The translations under genes were made by a program, and so were the position numbers. 64,000 bases of DNA from Raillietiella orientalis (Eukaryota): positions 2,728,001 through 2,792,000 of the forward strand of contig JAYWIR010000021.1 of NCBI GenBank assembly GCA_036172245.1, read 5' to 3'. Within the stretch, counting starts at the first letter, position 1; every line of letters begins with the position of its first letter. Positions 39,762 through 53,100 of this stretch are shown piece after piece. Below the pieces are notes generated by a model. That model was not told where the DNA came from. It worked only from the letters and a program-made list of their open reading frames with translations, and made no database searches.

Positions 39762-42700
39762 GTGAGGAAGGGGAGGAAGAGAGGAGGGCGACAATGCCCT
39801 TAGGGGGGTTTCCGGGAGCTCCACGTCCGGTCAGGGCTTCTTCCTGTTTTCCCTCCATGACCTCCCCTCGGTCCTTTCTCCTTCGGCTCTGTTCTCGCTC
39901 TCTTCGCCCCGTTCCGCCCTTGCCCAATCGAACCGTGCGCGCCGGGATCCTAGGCACTGGCGCCGACGTTTCTCCCCCCCCCCCCCTTCCCTCTGGTGGC
40001 ACCTGCTCGAGGCCTGCGCCGGAAACCTCGGGCATGGGGAGGAGCCACACCTCGTGCTCATAGTGGTGCCGTGTCTCGTAAGTAGGGCCGCGGTTGCCCG
40101 GAAACGGCGGCGCCGGTTTCGCCAGCGCCCGTTTTCTTTTGTGCGTGCAGCGCCACAGGTCCACGCCCCCCTTTCCTTCGGAGGGCTCGCTTCGTCCAGG
40201 GGAGAGCGAACCGGGAGCGCGTCCAACCTCCCTCCCGAGTTCATACCTGTCCGCAATGCTTCCCCCCCCCCCTTTCCTCCCTCGCCCGACCTCTCCTATC
40301 CGCTGCGCCACGGGCAGCCGCTGAAGGTCCCGAATCGGCGCTCGCGCACGCCAGATCCCGTCCGCACTGCCTGCGCGTCCCTTTCTTTTCCCTCCCCCCC
40401 ATTTCTCCGCGTTCCTCCTCATCCCTAAAGCGAATTCCCCTCTCATTCCGTGCCCGGCGAAATTCCCATGTGTCCTGTTTGCTGGATGCCGGACGGAACG
40501 CTTTCCCCCGAACGTGCTCAGCATCCCGGTTCCCGGCTTATTGATTCCGTTTACCACACGCTGTGATTTCGCTTCCGGGAAGAGCGCGGAGGGCTTCCCG
40601 CCGCGGGATCGACACGGGAAAACCGTGCGACCTCCGCCAGGAGTCGTTCCCCGCCGTTCCTTTCGTTCCTTGCCTTCCCTCCTCCCTTCTCCTTTCTTCA
40701 TCTCCTCGGGAGTCTCCCCGCTTTCTTTTTCCGGGAGTGCCGTCGTCACCTTGCGCGTCCCCTGGTTGTGCTTCACTGATGAGGCTGGGTCTTCCCTCCT
40801 CTTCCGGTAGCTATCCAAGTGGGGCTAAGACACTGCCACTCCATCCCCCTCCCCCCCACGATGCCCTCCATCTCCCTCCTGCCTGTCCCATTTTGTCTGA
40901 GTAGGGCAGCCGGGGAAGAAAGCTTCTCGAGGGGGGGCATTGGGACGCTTTTCGTCGTGTTAGTCGGGGGTTGCAGTAGATTTCCCCTTTCCCTCCGCAC
41001 TCGGAGGCCGGAAGGGGGAGGGGGGGAGAGGAGGGGAAAGCCGTGCGTGCCTGGGCAGCTTCCCCTCCTCCTTATAACCTGTTGGCTGTTTTATCGCCTT
41101 CCTGGGCAGCAGGAATTTTAATCCGCATCCCTGCGAGAGGCTCTTCATCTTCCCGTGCGGGTCCGCCTCCTGCTGCCGCAGCCTCGAGGGCAATCCGAGG
41201 GAGTGCCTCCGCCCGCCGGCCATGCCGACCCTTCCCACCCCCTCCGCAGCCCCGCCGATCCCTTTCCTCGATCGGGCTCGCCCCGCCCTGGCCGCCGCCT
41301 CCGTGCTTGGGCGGTTTTTCCTCTCCGTCCAGGGAAAGTGCTGCTCCGGGGGACCACGGAGGGATCCGGAAGCGGGATGAAGCTGAACAGGAGGAGTCCT
41401 CCCTCTTTCTGCTCCCGCTGCTTCCACCCGCCATCGGCAGCGGCGTCACCTGCGTCTCTCCGAGGCTCTCCCGCTTCCGAATCTCCTCCCCCCTCTCGAC
41501 GGCGAGGCCCGCGCGTCCCGCAAGACCGCAGGCAGCAAGAGAAGAAGGGAACGGCGACGACTCCCTGCATCTCCGCCGACCTCTTTCCTCTTCCTCGCCC
41601 CTCCCCCCTCTCCCGCCCTATCCCAGATGGCGCCAGGATCGTAAATTAGATTAGTGTCCCAGCGTGTTTGAGAAATCGCCCGCCGCCCCTGCCCGGTAAG
41701 TAGGTCGTTCCGAAGCCGATCAGGTTTTCATTAAAGAGGGCATTTTTCATCCCTCCGGATCCACTTTCCGGGAGGGGGGAGGAAGGCTGGAGGAGGTGGA
41801 AGAAGGCAGGATGAGGTGGACGAAGGCAGGAGGAGGAGGCTGCGCGTGAGCCGGCCCAGCTGCGATTCCGCCTGCAGCCAGCCCTCCGACGGGACGCCCG
41901 CACGCGTTTTTGGCGTCCTCTGCGGCCCTCTCCAGAGAGAGGGACCCTCAGCACAGCCTTATCCCGTATTCCACACGGTGCTCTTCCCCTTGTCCTTACT
42001 CTCCATCCGACAGAAATCGGCGGCCGCCCCAATTTCCCGCTCCCTCTTTGCCCCGCGACCCCACATTACCCACCCGCCCTTGCTCCTCTTCCTAACCCCC
42101 TCGTTCCCCGCCGAGAGTGCGAGGGACGCCGCTCTCCTCTCCCTCTTCTCTCCATCCCGCGACCCTCGCAACGTAGCGGGCAGGTCGACTTGTAGAAGGG
42201 GAGTCCCCTGTCGTGTTCGATTCTCCCTCCTCCTTCCTCCCGTGATATGGGCCGCAGCTTCGCACGGGTCTGCACCCTTACGGAATGTGTGCGGTCTGGG
42301 AAGGGGAATGGCTGCCAAGGGATGCGCTGGGCGCGCATCATCGTCGTTCTCTCACTGCTCCCCCCCCCATCCTTCAGCCTCCTTGTCCTCATCCACCGCC
42401 ACGGCAGAGGTGCCTTCAGGTGGTGCCGGGGCGGCATTGCCAACTCCCAGTCGCCTCCGGCGGAGGAGGAGAGCAGATGGCACAGCCCGCACGCAACTCC
42501 GGGAGCGCCAACCCCGCGACCTCGCGCGTCCTTCACCCCCCCCCCTCCCCTCCCCTCCCCCCGCACCTCCACCACCTGTCTCCCTCGTTCTTCGCCGCGA
42601 CTCGCGACGCAGCTCTCTTCCGCGCTTCTCCGCGTGAGAGCGCCGGCCTCGCCTGCGCCCGGCGAAGCCACCGGAAGACGTAACCAGGGCGATGCGGCTG

Positions 42701-45700
42701 ACCGCTCCCGTCCAAGTACCAGACCGGAGGGAACTCTCCCTCACTTTCCGCGCGGGGCGGGAGGGAGGGGAAAGTAGCGAACTGGCGCGTATCTGCGTAG
42801 GACGAAGGAGCCTTCGCACTCGATGATAGCCCCCCTTTCGGGATGGTCCAGCAGCTTCTCCCTCCTCTCTCGATTTCCTCTTCCCCCTCAGCTCCTTAAT
42901 TCCCGCGCCTAGGAGCGTGGCGGGCTGTTGAAGTCGTTGTCGGTGGCGTCGTTCGCTCCCGCAGATCCCTCTCAGGGATGCTCAGAGAGGAGGGAAGGGC
43001 GAGGACCGCACGGGATGCACATCGTCTCTTCGTCCGGAAGGGGACGCGGATCCGGACGAAGACACCACACAAGAGGCAAGCGCCTTCCTGGAGAGCGACG
43101 CCGCGGCCCCATCCGAGAGCAGAGGAGAGAGGGTGCACGTCGTTACGCCGCGAGGACAGAGGGACGCCATCTCCCGTCGTGTCCCCCCCCCCCTCTCCCC
43201 ACCCAGGAGGCACGCCGATGGCCAGCCGACGGGTTCCCTCGCTCCAGCGGAAAACCCGAGGAGGTCCCGCAGGCCTGCAGACGAAGTCCCGCGGACATGT
43301 CGCTGTTCCTCTGGCGTTCGACCTCCATCCCCCCCCCCCCTTCTCGTCCTCCGTCCCGTTCGTTCCGCGCGCGGAACGCTCGCCGCCTGCCTGCCGCCCC
43401 TTCCTTTGTCAGGCGTGCCGGAAACCTCGCTGCTCTGCGCGCCTGCGCGGTCTCCAACCGATCCTCCCACCACCGTCAATCGGATGTGCGCGGCAGTCGG
43501 CGAGGGAAGGCTTTGCAGCATCGGCGGACGCCGCAAGCCGCGCTGGTCGAGCTCTGGTCAGCTCCGGAGGGCAGGAAATCGAATAAGAACAGGAGAGAGA
43601 GATGCGAAACGATGGACGAGCCTCCCCCCTCCCCGATCCTTTTGTTTGCTGTTCATCCCGGCGGCGTCGCGAGCAACCTGTCCGGTCATCGCGCTTCCCG
43701 CGCGCACGCCGGGTAGCGCTGGCGGAGCCCTCAGCGATGGCGTCGCGGAGACGGACTCTGCGCGGCCGCGAGGGGCCGCGATGAACCCTCGAGCTCCCTC
43801 CCCCTCCCTGCCTCTCCGGCGAGCGAGGCGTCGTCGTTGACCGGCGCGCACAGAGAGGGAGGGGGGGGGAGAAGGACCGACGACTTTGCTCATCCCGTTT
43901 GTTCGGCTGACGGCAAATCCACGAACCCGAAGAGACGCTCGTGACTGGTGCTTGCCGGAGAGCTTTCTGTGGCATCCTCCCCTCTCCCCCTCCCTCGCTC
44001 TCTCTCCTCCGGCAGGGACGTGCATCCAGTACGGCAGGCGCTCCCCGCTGTTCGCGCCCTCTGGAAAGACGCGACGCGGGGGGAGGCGTGCCAGTGTTCG
44101 CTCCCCTCCCCTTGCGACCGCTTCGCCAGCCGCTGCGTCCCTCATCTCCATCTTCTCGCGAGTGCGATCCGAGTGGTCAGCCGCTGTTTCCCAGTCGTTG
44201 CTGCGGCGGAAAATGGCGCGGAAGCCCTCGTCGGGACGACATGCGCTCGTCGGGGTGGAGCGCACGGAGATATCGCATCGCAGGGTTTTCGGAAGGAGGA
44301 AGAAGCTGGAAGGAGGAAGAGCAGCCGTTCTGGCAGAGCCCTGGAACCGTCGCCAGGCGGATGAGACTCCCAACACGCCCAGCAGGAGGGAGGGATCGCG
44401 GGCGTGCGCGTGACCGCGCCACGGTCGCGGGAGCTGGCCGTCGTCCCCAACCAACCGCGGCCGTGCTGCAGGACGCGGCTTCGCCAACGCTGCCCGACGC
44501 GCGCGCGTGCCGCTCCTCCGCTGCCCTGCGGCGCTCGGGAAAATAAATAAATAAATGCAAAAAAAAAAAAAAAAAAACGGGATGACCAGCGGACGGAAGC
44601 GGGAGTGAAGCACCGTGTCCCTCGGCTGCAGGCAGCAGCACCTGTGGCGGCAGCGCCTTTGTCCGTGCGTGCCTCCCGTCGTCCGAGGTTTATCGTTTCC
44701 CGTGTTGCCGCCTGCTCGCCCGAGCGCGCGAAAGAATCCGCCGACTCCCTCCACCACGAACACGAAACACTTCCACGCGTGCCTTTCCGCAGCCTCGGGA
44801 AGCGTTTCCTGCGAGCTTCCGACGTCCCGCCGGCGTGGAATCCTCCAAGTCCTTTTCGCGCCCGCTCCCATCTCCAGTGGTTGGGAGCTTCCTTACAAAA
44901 GGGGCGGGGGCTCCATCCACGTGCTTGGTGCTGAGGAGGAGGCACGTCCGTAGGTTAAAGCCCCCCACGAATCCGCTTGACACGGCCTCCTCCCGTTCTT
45001 GCGACCTGTGCTCACGGATCACGGACGCTGCCAGACGAAACTGCCAGACGGGGTAACCGGGATTCGCGTGCACCGGGGAAGCCTGCCGTCACATGGCGGA
45101 TACGGGAAGGGTACGCGAGGCCCATCGCGCGATTAAAAAACACGAGAAAAAAAACACACATACCCCCCCCCCCAAAAAAAAAAAGAAAAAAAAAAAAAAC
45201 GAGCTGTCGCTCTTGAGACTTCGTACAGGCAAAAAGTTTCAAGGGGGACTGTGATTTCGCGTGTTCCCAAACTCTCCCCCCTTCCGAGTTTATTGGGAAA
45301 GTTGGCTTTCCAACAAGTTGCCCAAGTATTGCTTAGCAACACTCATGCGTCGCATGAGAAGATCTTTCCAGCCAATGCGGAATCGCTCTCGTAACCTCTC
45401 TTCCACTTGTTTAACTACTTGTACTTTGGCTTTTATGGCTTTCCATATTAGTCATGGACCCACGAACATCGGAAGAATGCAAATCCGATAACCGAACGCT
45501 TCCCCACTACACTTGCGTGGCACCGGAAGAGTACTGCGACGGGAAGCCCTGAGAGCCGTGCTGCTGGTCCCCGGTACAGTCGCGGCTCTGGGGCAAGGCC
45601 GACTGCAGCTGCTGCTGCTGCTGCGGCGGCGGCGGCGGCTGCGGCTGCTGCTTCTTCTCCTCCGCATCGACTTGCCGCCGAATCCCGTCCGATCCCGAAC

Positions 45701-48423
45701 GCGCCTCTGCTTGCTCGTCGCACTTCCCTGCGTGCAATAGCAGCAGTAAACGAATTAGCGATTCCAAATCAAATCCGACTGCTGCGCCTCGGAGGGAGGG
45801 AGGGAGGGAGGGAGGGAAAAGGTAAATAGTGTGGGGGCTGAAGGCCACCCTCCTCTCGAAGACTACTCGGCATGCTTGCAGACCGCGTGGACAACACCGT
45901 CAATATTCTCCTCAGCTGAATGCCCCTTGATTGATAGGAGCGGCTTGCAGGTTCATCTCAGTTAATCCGTTTCCGACCCGAGATGCTGCGTCCGGAAGTT
46001 GCGCGTGGGTCCAGGGCCTCCGATCAGAATGGAACCCACGCTCCTCCGCGACTGAAAGGGATCTTGTTGTTGTTGTTGTTGTTGTTGTTGATGTTACCTC
46101 TAGAGAGAGCGTGAATCGAGAGCTAGTGGCTTCCTCCCCCTCCGTGCTCCCTTTCTCAGCATGAAGTACTGATCCCGAAGGAGCTCAGTGGCGGAACCAT
46201 CCGACCTGGCAGCTTCCAGCATCCTTGTAAAGTGTTTTTCTTTTGTTTAGTGCTCGAAAACGTGCAGAGGTTCCGTGGCAACGAGTCTCATGTCGATCAC
46301 TTCAAGCTGCTGGTGAGAGACGGGAAGTATCTGATAGTCGGAGCAAGGTGAGTGGGATTTTCCATTCCGGTTCCTCTCGTGGGCGCGCGAAAGTGGGATG
46401 CCCCGTCACTTCCGGGGATCGCGGGCCCCTCCGCGGAACTTCCGTCTCAGCTCGGAAGTCGGTCGACGGGACGGATCCGGAGCTCACCCACCCACCTCGG
46501 GGTCCCTGCGGGATATTCCGCGCTGTTGTCGGAATAAGGCCTCGAGGCAAAAAGGCACACACGCACGCGTGGTGCACGTGAATTTGACCGAATTCCAAAC
46601 CGGGAAAGAGTTTTTTTTACGTCATCGGCGGCTCCTCTCCGGTGCTTCCCGTCGCAGGGAAGAGCAGCCACTGTACTTGCGATTCAAGCGTGTTCGTGCA
46701 CTGAGGGAAAGGCGTGTTGTTTGTCACCCGGGTGCGCAGGGGCGTTTATTCCTAAACTATCCAGGGACAGAGTTCCCGACAAAGGACACAGAAGAAACGA
46801 AGGGGGTGGGATCCCCGACACGCAGGTCGGTAAACTGAAAGTCCGTAACGGGAGGGAGGGGACCACAAATACACATATAAAAAAAAATGAAAATAGAGAT
46901 ATGGGGAGGGGAGGGGACAGGGGTCTTTGGTGCGGCCGTTTCATTCTTTCAAAACCGGCGGTGGATGCCGGTGATCTCGCTCCTAACGTCCTCTGGAAGA
47001 TGGGCCCATTCGGCAGCCGACACCATGTTCGCGCTGGCTATTCCGGTGGGCTGACGAAGGATGGCCAGCTTCTCCAACTCTCGGTGGGCCTTATCGATGG
47101 CGCGGGTGCAACAGACCGTTGCGATGACAGCACCTAACGACAGGCCGCCTGGCGTGAAGAAGCGGTGCATCAAATCCCTTGCGGTGTCCCCCTGGTGCAG
47201 GAGAGCTGCGGCCAGCCTCCGCCACAGTCCTTGGAGGACACCGCAGTCCAGGAGCAGGAGCGTTTCTGCTTCCCCGCAGCTTTTGCAGTTCGGGGAGACG
47301 ACTCCCCCGGAAACACTGGCTGGAGTGAAAACCCCAGTGCACCAGCATGATGACGACGTCCTGTTTCCAGTTTAGAGGGAACACGGAAGTGTTCAGACAC
47401 GAGGGAGGGACCACAAGTTCTTCGACGGGCACACTCAATCAAATGTTCGCTCCACCGATGGAGTCCCTTCGGGATGACGCGAGGCGTGGCGGCGTGTTGT
47501 GCGGCTGCAGCTCGGAGCGGCTTCCAGTGACAAAGAGAAGAATCTGAAATGCGACCAAATAAAAAGGCACGTCCGCCGGAGCACGTTAGCACTGCCAGGT
47601 AGGTACCTCAGGGCGTTACATCTCTCTAACGAACGGGGATGGCTGCATCACCGAGACACTCCGGTTTACTTCTTGCAGCCACATGAATGGCCTCGCATGA
47701 ACTTTCTTTCTTGTCTAAGCAGCGTTTTTATTGGCTGTGCTTCAGAGTTGAATACCAGTCTTTGGTGGCTTGTTGGTATCCGTCGGCATTGCATACCTAA
47801 TGCGTTTTAGTAGTGGGCAGTAGTTTAACGGTCCTTTTCTGCTCTCATCCAAGAGGTATTCGCTCTGCAGATCCATACATCTATCTGTGTGTCTCCATCC
47901 AACTGCCTCTCTTCCTGTCTGTATGCATGTAGGTGAATAGGTTTGCCATCTTCGGAGTGGGATGTTTATTCACAGCCTTTCCACAGTTTATTACTCGTAA
48001 CACACGTTTGTTTCCCTGGAAAATTCACTGTTAACTTGGTATGTCTGAGAATCCCCACGATGGTTTCTGTGCCTGCATCCTCAAGGACCGGAGATTATTT
48101 ATTGCTCACATTTAGCAGGTTTGTTCGGTACATGTAGACTGCAAAATAATGAGGGTACGGTCTGCTCTTCGATGAAACATCTCATGATTGTGAAGAGGAA
48201 TCATTCTGTGCCTTGGCTTTTCCTCCTCCCCTCTCTCGCTGTAGCCAGATTCACGTGTGAGCTCCCCTTTGGGCGCTTGCTGCTGTTCTGGTGCCGTAGA
48301 TACGAGCGAGAACTTTGCAAGGCTAAAAAGCCCTGCGGAAAGTTCACAACAGTTGACCTTTGCGTTGAGCAGATCCCTTTAAGCGCTTTCGAGACTTCGC
48401 GTGGCGAGCTCCGCGTGTTCTGC

Positions 48424-48459
<36 letters not shown>

Positions 48460-50122
48460 GGTTGCTGTTCTGAAAGTGTCTTTGGCGCCACCACTTTCAT
48501 GACTCCACTCGTGAGCATCCCGCATTCCTTTTTTCGCAACGTCCTATCGTCGCCGGAAAGGCTGATGCACTACTATGCTGTGCTCTGTGCTGCTGGTTCA
48601 GAGTTTCTGTTCCCTGTCCTTTTCTCCCTCCCCACCCCGTATTCCCAGAGCCAGAATGCTCACTTGATCTGGAAACGGATGCTAAGGAAATCGTGGGTGT
48701 TGTTTCACAGGAAGTGCGGGCGATTCCCCGATAAGTAAACGAATGGACTGCTGTAACGATCGCAGTCTCTTCGCACGGTTCCTGGCATCCGTCTCGGGAT
48801 CCAGTTTGGGATCAGGCTGCTAGGAAGCCACGTGCTGCTGTCGGGAATGGCATTCCTTTGTGAGCTTCTTCGTCGCCGATGTCGTCCTACCTTGCGGCGG
48901 AGGTCGGAGGGATTCGGCGAGGACGATGCCGGAAAGCGAAACAGCCCGGAGCTTCGATGTCACGCCGTCGTGATACGGAGCGGTCGCGAACGTTCGCTGC
49001 AGGGTCGGGAAATCGGGAACTCCACAAGTCGCAAAACTCCCCCCGTTTTCCCTTTCCTTCCCTCCTCCCTTCTTTCTCTGCATGCGGAAATGCCGCTGCC
49101 GTATGGGGGGGAGGGAGAAAATCGACCGGAAAAGTCTCATCCCGAGCTCTGGTTGCAGTTCTCCTGCCGATCCCACCAGGTTTTCTCGGTTGCGATCTCG
49201 TGGGTGGTCTCCGCCTCGGGAGAGCAGCGAGGGTCTCTGCGCGTTCGAGATCGAGCTGAAATACTACGATCCTTGTTCACATCATCGGGAAGTTATGGAA
49301 AGTCATTCCTGTCGGGCTCCCCTGCTCACTTCGAGCTGTGGACATGAAAGGAATTGTCGCCCTAGTTCCTGCTTTCCTCTGCCCGCGCTTTCTCCCTGTC
49401 GGAACCGTCAGTCGTACTTGAAGTCCACTGGGGATCTGGGCACATGGTGCACCTCCCCTCCCTTCTCAACTCCTCGCGTGCACGTCTCTTGTTAAAAAAA
49501 AAAGAAAGGAAGCGCAATGCGGTCGCATCTCCCTTTTCCCTGCAGAGCGCTCGGGGGACTTCACTTTGCACTCCCATCGCGAAAGAGCTCCTCCTCCACT
49601 TGCAGTTTGGGATGATTCGAATGACCGCCCCCTTTTTGTTTTTCAGGAATGCAGTGTACAACCTGACTCTGGACAGACTGTCCCAGAAAGAGGTGAGTTC
49701 CTTCCGACTTGCAGCAATGGTTCTCTTGCCCCGTAAAGGGAGGGGGGGGGGGGAGGGATGCCCGATCAGCTGTCTGACCCCGGAGGCTACTCCAGTGCTC
49801 GTCGACGCAAGCAATATCCTTATCCTCCCCAGCCACTCCTCTTTCTGATTCGCAGCTCGAGTGTGGGGGCACTTGAAGGTGCAGGCATTTTCCGAAAGTT
49901 CTGTTTTTTCAGAACGTTCCGAAAACAAAGCCTTCGAAAGTCTTCATCCTTCGAGGTCTCCCCCCTCCCCCTTCCTCCTCTTCAGGACTGCAAAAAGTTT
50001 TAGGACAGTCCTCTGATTTCCATCCCGAGGAACGACGGTCCGCAAGCGCGCATCAGCTGCTACAGCAGCGCCCCTCTCTCTGCCGTTTCCAGCAGCACTT
50101 GTCGGCCTTTTTCGTAATTTTG

Positions 50123-50168
<46 letters not shown>

Positions 50169-53100
50169 TCATAGAAAAACCGCGGCAGATGTCCTTGGGC
50201 CTCTCGGAGGTTTGGTTGTCTGTGAGCCCCCGGTGGTGTTCTCCCCGAAAGGAAGATATCTTTTTCTCGAGTTTCTTCTCTTGAAAGGGGAACTCTTCCC
50301 TTTCTTCCCCCCCCTCCCCTCTTCCCTCACCCTACTTTTATTTTTGCTCCTCGTGCCTCATCCGCCCTGCTTTCCAGAAGCTGGAGTGGTACTCAAACCC
50401 GGAAGACGTGACGATGTGCCAGCTGAAAGGCAAAAAAGAGGTGAGGTTCTCCAGGTCCTCGAGGATGGCGGCGGGGTCTCACGTTCCTTTTCCACCCGCT
50501 GCAGGAAGATTGCCAAAACTACGTGCGCATCCTGGCCAAAAATAACAGCGACGAGCTGCTCATCTGCGGGACCAACGCCTATAAGCCGGAGTGCAGGATA
50601 TACGCGTACGAGGTGAGTTCAAGGAAGTGCACGCAGGGTTTCCGTGCAGCTTAGCGAGTTGCTCGCCGGAAGGAGGGAGGGAGGGACGCAGTTGCAGTTG
50701 CCGTAGCGACGGGTGCCATCGTGACGACCGTTTGTTTCTTAAGGCATCGAGGGGTGAAAAACGCAGGAAAAAAAAAAAAAAAATCCCTCATTTCCCAGGT
50801 TTACCGGAGCGTGTAATCCGCTGCATTAGCAATTTTTCAACCCTCATCCCGTATTTCTCAGCCGAATCCTCGAAGCCCCCTCTGCAAGAGGAGGGATGAG
50901 AGGAAAACGAATCGGAGAACTCGAAGACGCGCGCATCTTTCTCCGTTTCCGCGCGCCGCGTGCTTTGGTTTCCTCAGGGTTTGCTCGCTCGCCATCTTGC
51001 GTGCTCTCAAAGATGGCGCCGGGAGGCCATCGTCGTCCTCCGGATCAGATGGAGCAGCCAGCATTCACTCTCGGGAATTCGCTTCTCAGTTTACTCCGTC
51101 GAGATTTTGCCTGTGGATTTTCTGGTGGTTTTTTTTTTGTCTCAGTTTTCTTTGTTCTTTTGGTTCACCTGAAAGCATAGCAAAAGGATAGGTCAGATCG
51201 AGACCTCCCACTGCTTTCTTTTCCTCATCTCCTCCTCCTCCTCCTCATCGTCGTCGTCACCGCGTCTACTGCGCACGTGCAAAACGATCGTTTCTGGGGA
51301 TGCGAGTGCGCTTGGAGCCTCGGGGGGAATGTTGACGCTGCTCCTTCGTGAGTGCGCCAGGTTTTTTTTTATCCATCTTTTCCTGGCCGTTTATCGCGCC
51401 AGTCGCAAGCTGATGGGTGGATCCTGCCAGCTTTAGCTGCCATCCTCCTGCTGGGGTATCTCGTGAGGTCTGGGCGTCGTTTCCATGGTGCCTAGTTCGA
51501 AAGTGAATCCTCTATGCATTTGATTTTTCCGAGGGTCATCTTGCATCTGGTACTGCATCAGCGCACGCCCCTGCACCGCTTTCGTGGGGGACACGCACAG
51601 GCAGGAAAGGCTTCTTTTTTGTTTGTTTTTTTTATCGTTTTATATTTTGTTGGGAAACTCAAGTCGTTCCTCCCTTTTCTCCTCCTCTGCTTCGTCTTCC
51701 CAGATTGCTGTCGTCACAGTCTCCAGCACTTTTCGCTTCCACTCTTCTGGCTCGTCTCTGCGTCTTTCTTGAGAGCATCACCCGCCTGTCCTCTGTCGCC
51801 AAGGTCATCGGAAAAAACGAGGGGGAGGGAGGCTTAGAGATCGAGTCTGCCTGGAGGGAGTACCACCGCGTTCGTGCTTTTCGGCTTCGGTTCTCCGTGG
51901 GGCCGGTTTGCAGCTCGGGCGCATGGCACACCCTCGAGGCCAGCGGGTAGTCAGCGTGCACTCTTTGCATGGAACCGAGTTAAGCCTCTTGCCCCTTCCC
52001 CACCACACGATGACACGAAAAGGTCACGCTTCTAGTTGGCCCCGTCCTCCTCTTGCTTTTCTGCCCCCGGGCGCGCACATTTCTTGGTTACCGTTCTTCC
52101 TTTCCTTTCTAGAGCTTGCGGGGTGCTCAGAAGAGCTGCAAGCCGCCTCGACTCCCTTCCCGCTTTCAACTTGCCCCGTGGAAGGGCTGGTTTGTTTGTT
52201 TGTTTTTTTGTCTTTTAGAGGACCTCCGGTGAATGTTGGGGTTCCTCCACGTCTTCCCGAACGGCTCGATTCTCGCTCCCCACCATCCCTTGTGCGCTCC
52301 TCCTGTCTTGCGATTAACTCACGAACTCATTTCGCCTTTGCTTGCATTTGTTGGCGCGCTGGAAATCTTGCGAGGAGCATCGGTCGATGAAGCAGAGAGT
52401 AATTTTTTCGTTCCTCTCCGCACTCTGATTACTTAATTGCTTGCGAAGCAGCAACTGACCGTTTAAGGTGACCAAACCGTGACCACGAGTTTCCCTCTGT
52501 TCCGGGAAAGGATCCCTCCTGTTAACGTGAGCCCCAATCCGGAACACGTAGAACTGGTGGAACGAGGAAAGGTTCTTTCGTTCCTGGAGGAAGGCTTGGA
52601 GCAGTTCAGGATCTGGTGGTGGTAAGCACGACTGCGACTTGGATGTGGCCTCTCCCGCCGAGATCTCACGTGATCGCGTAATTTCCTGCATGTGCATCCA
52701 CCCGACGAGACTCCAGCATCACTTCTTATCATTAACGACGCAGTAATAGTAATGACGAGGATCACTGCAGATTTGACATTCCAGTCGGTCCTCCCAGCGA
52801 CCCATACGCGTTTTGGCCTCCGCTGCGGTTGCTGGGACACTGCTAGGAGTGAGCGTTTCGTCAGCATCCTAGTGTTCCTCCATCCTTGCGCCCTGCTCCA
52901 TCGTGTCGCGCTCCTTATCTTTCAGTGAGTCAAACTGCTCTCCGTCGGCGGAACTCTTTCCTGTCCGTGGAATTTTTAGATCCGGGACCTGAAAATCTTT
53001 CCGGGCTAAGATTTTCCAGCTGATCGCTCTGCCGATGTTCGTGCCACCCGACCGTTTCGTGTAGTCATCTTTTCCGTGCTGCGTCCGATGGCATTGCTTG

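Noticed and set aside
32107..44945. Long ORFs (415, 485, 437 aa and others) in the GC-rich domain
   Set aside because: Arg/Gly/Pro/Ser low-complexity translations overlapping in several frames on both strands, with no domain motifs; expected from stop-codon depletion in GC-rich DNA
45513..45740. Leu/Arg-rich ORF as an alternative signal-peptide exon
   Set aside because: No ATG, derived from the CTG/CGG repeat, and no compatible donor; the 39632 exon fits better
46025..46060. tRNA/SINE-like B-box on the minus strand (similar A/B-box-like words at ~47815 and ~63320)
   Set aside because: Only short motifs; no cloverleaf or paired A and B boxes
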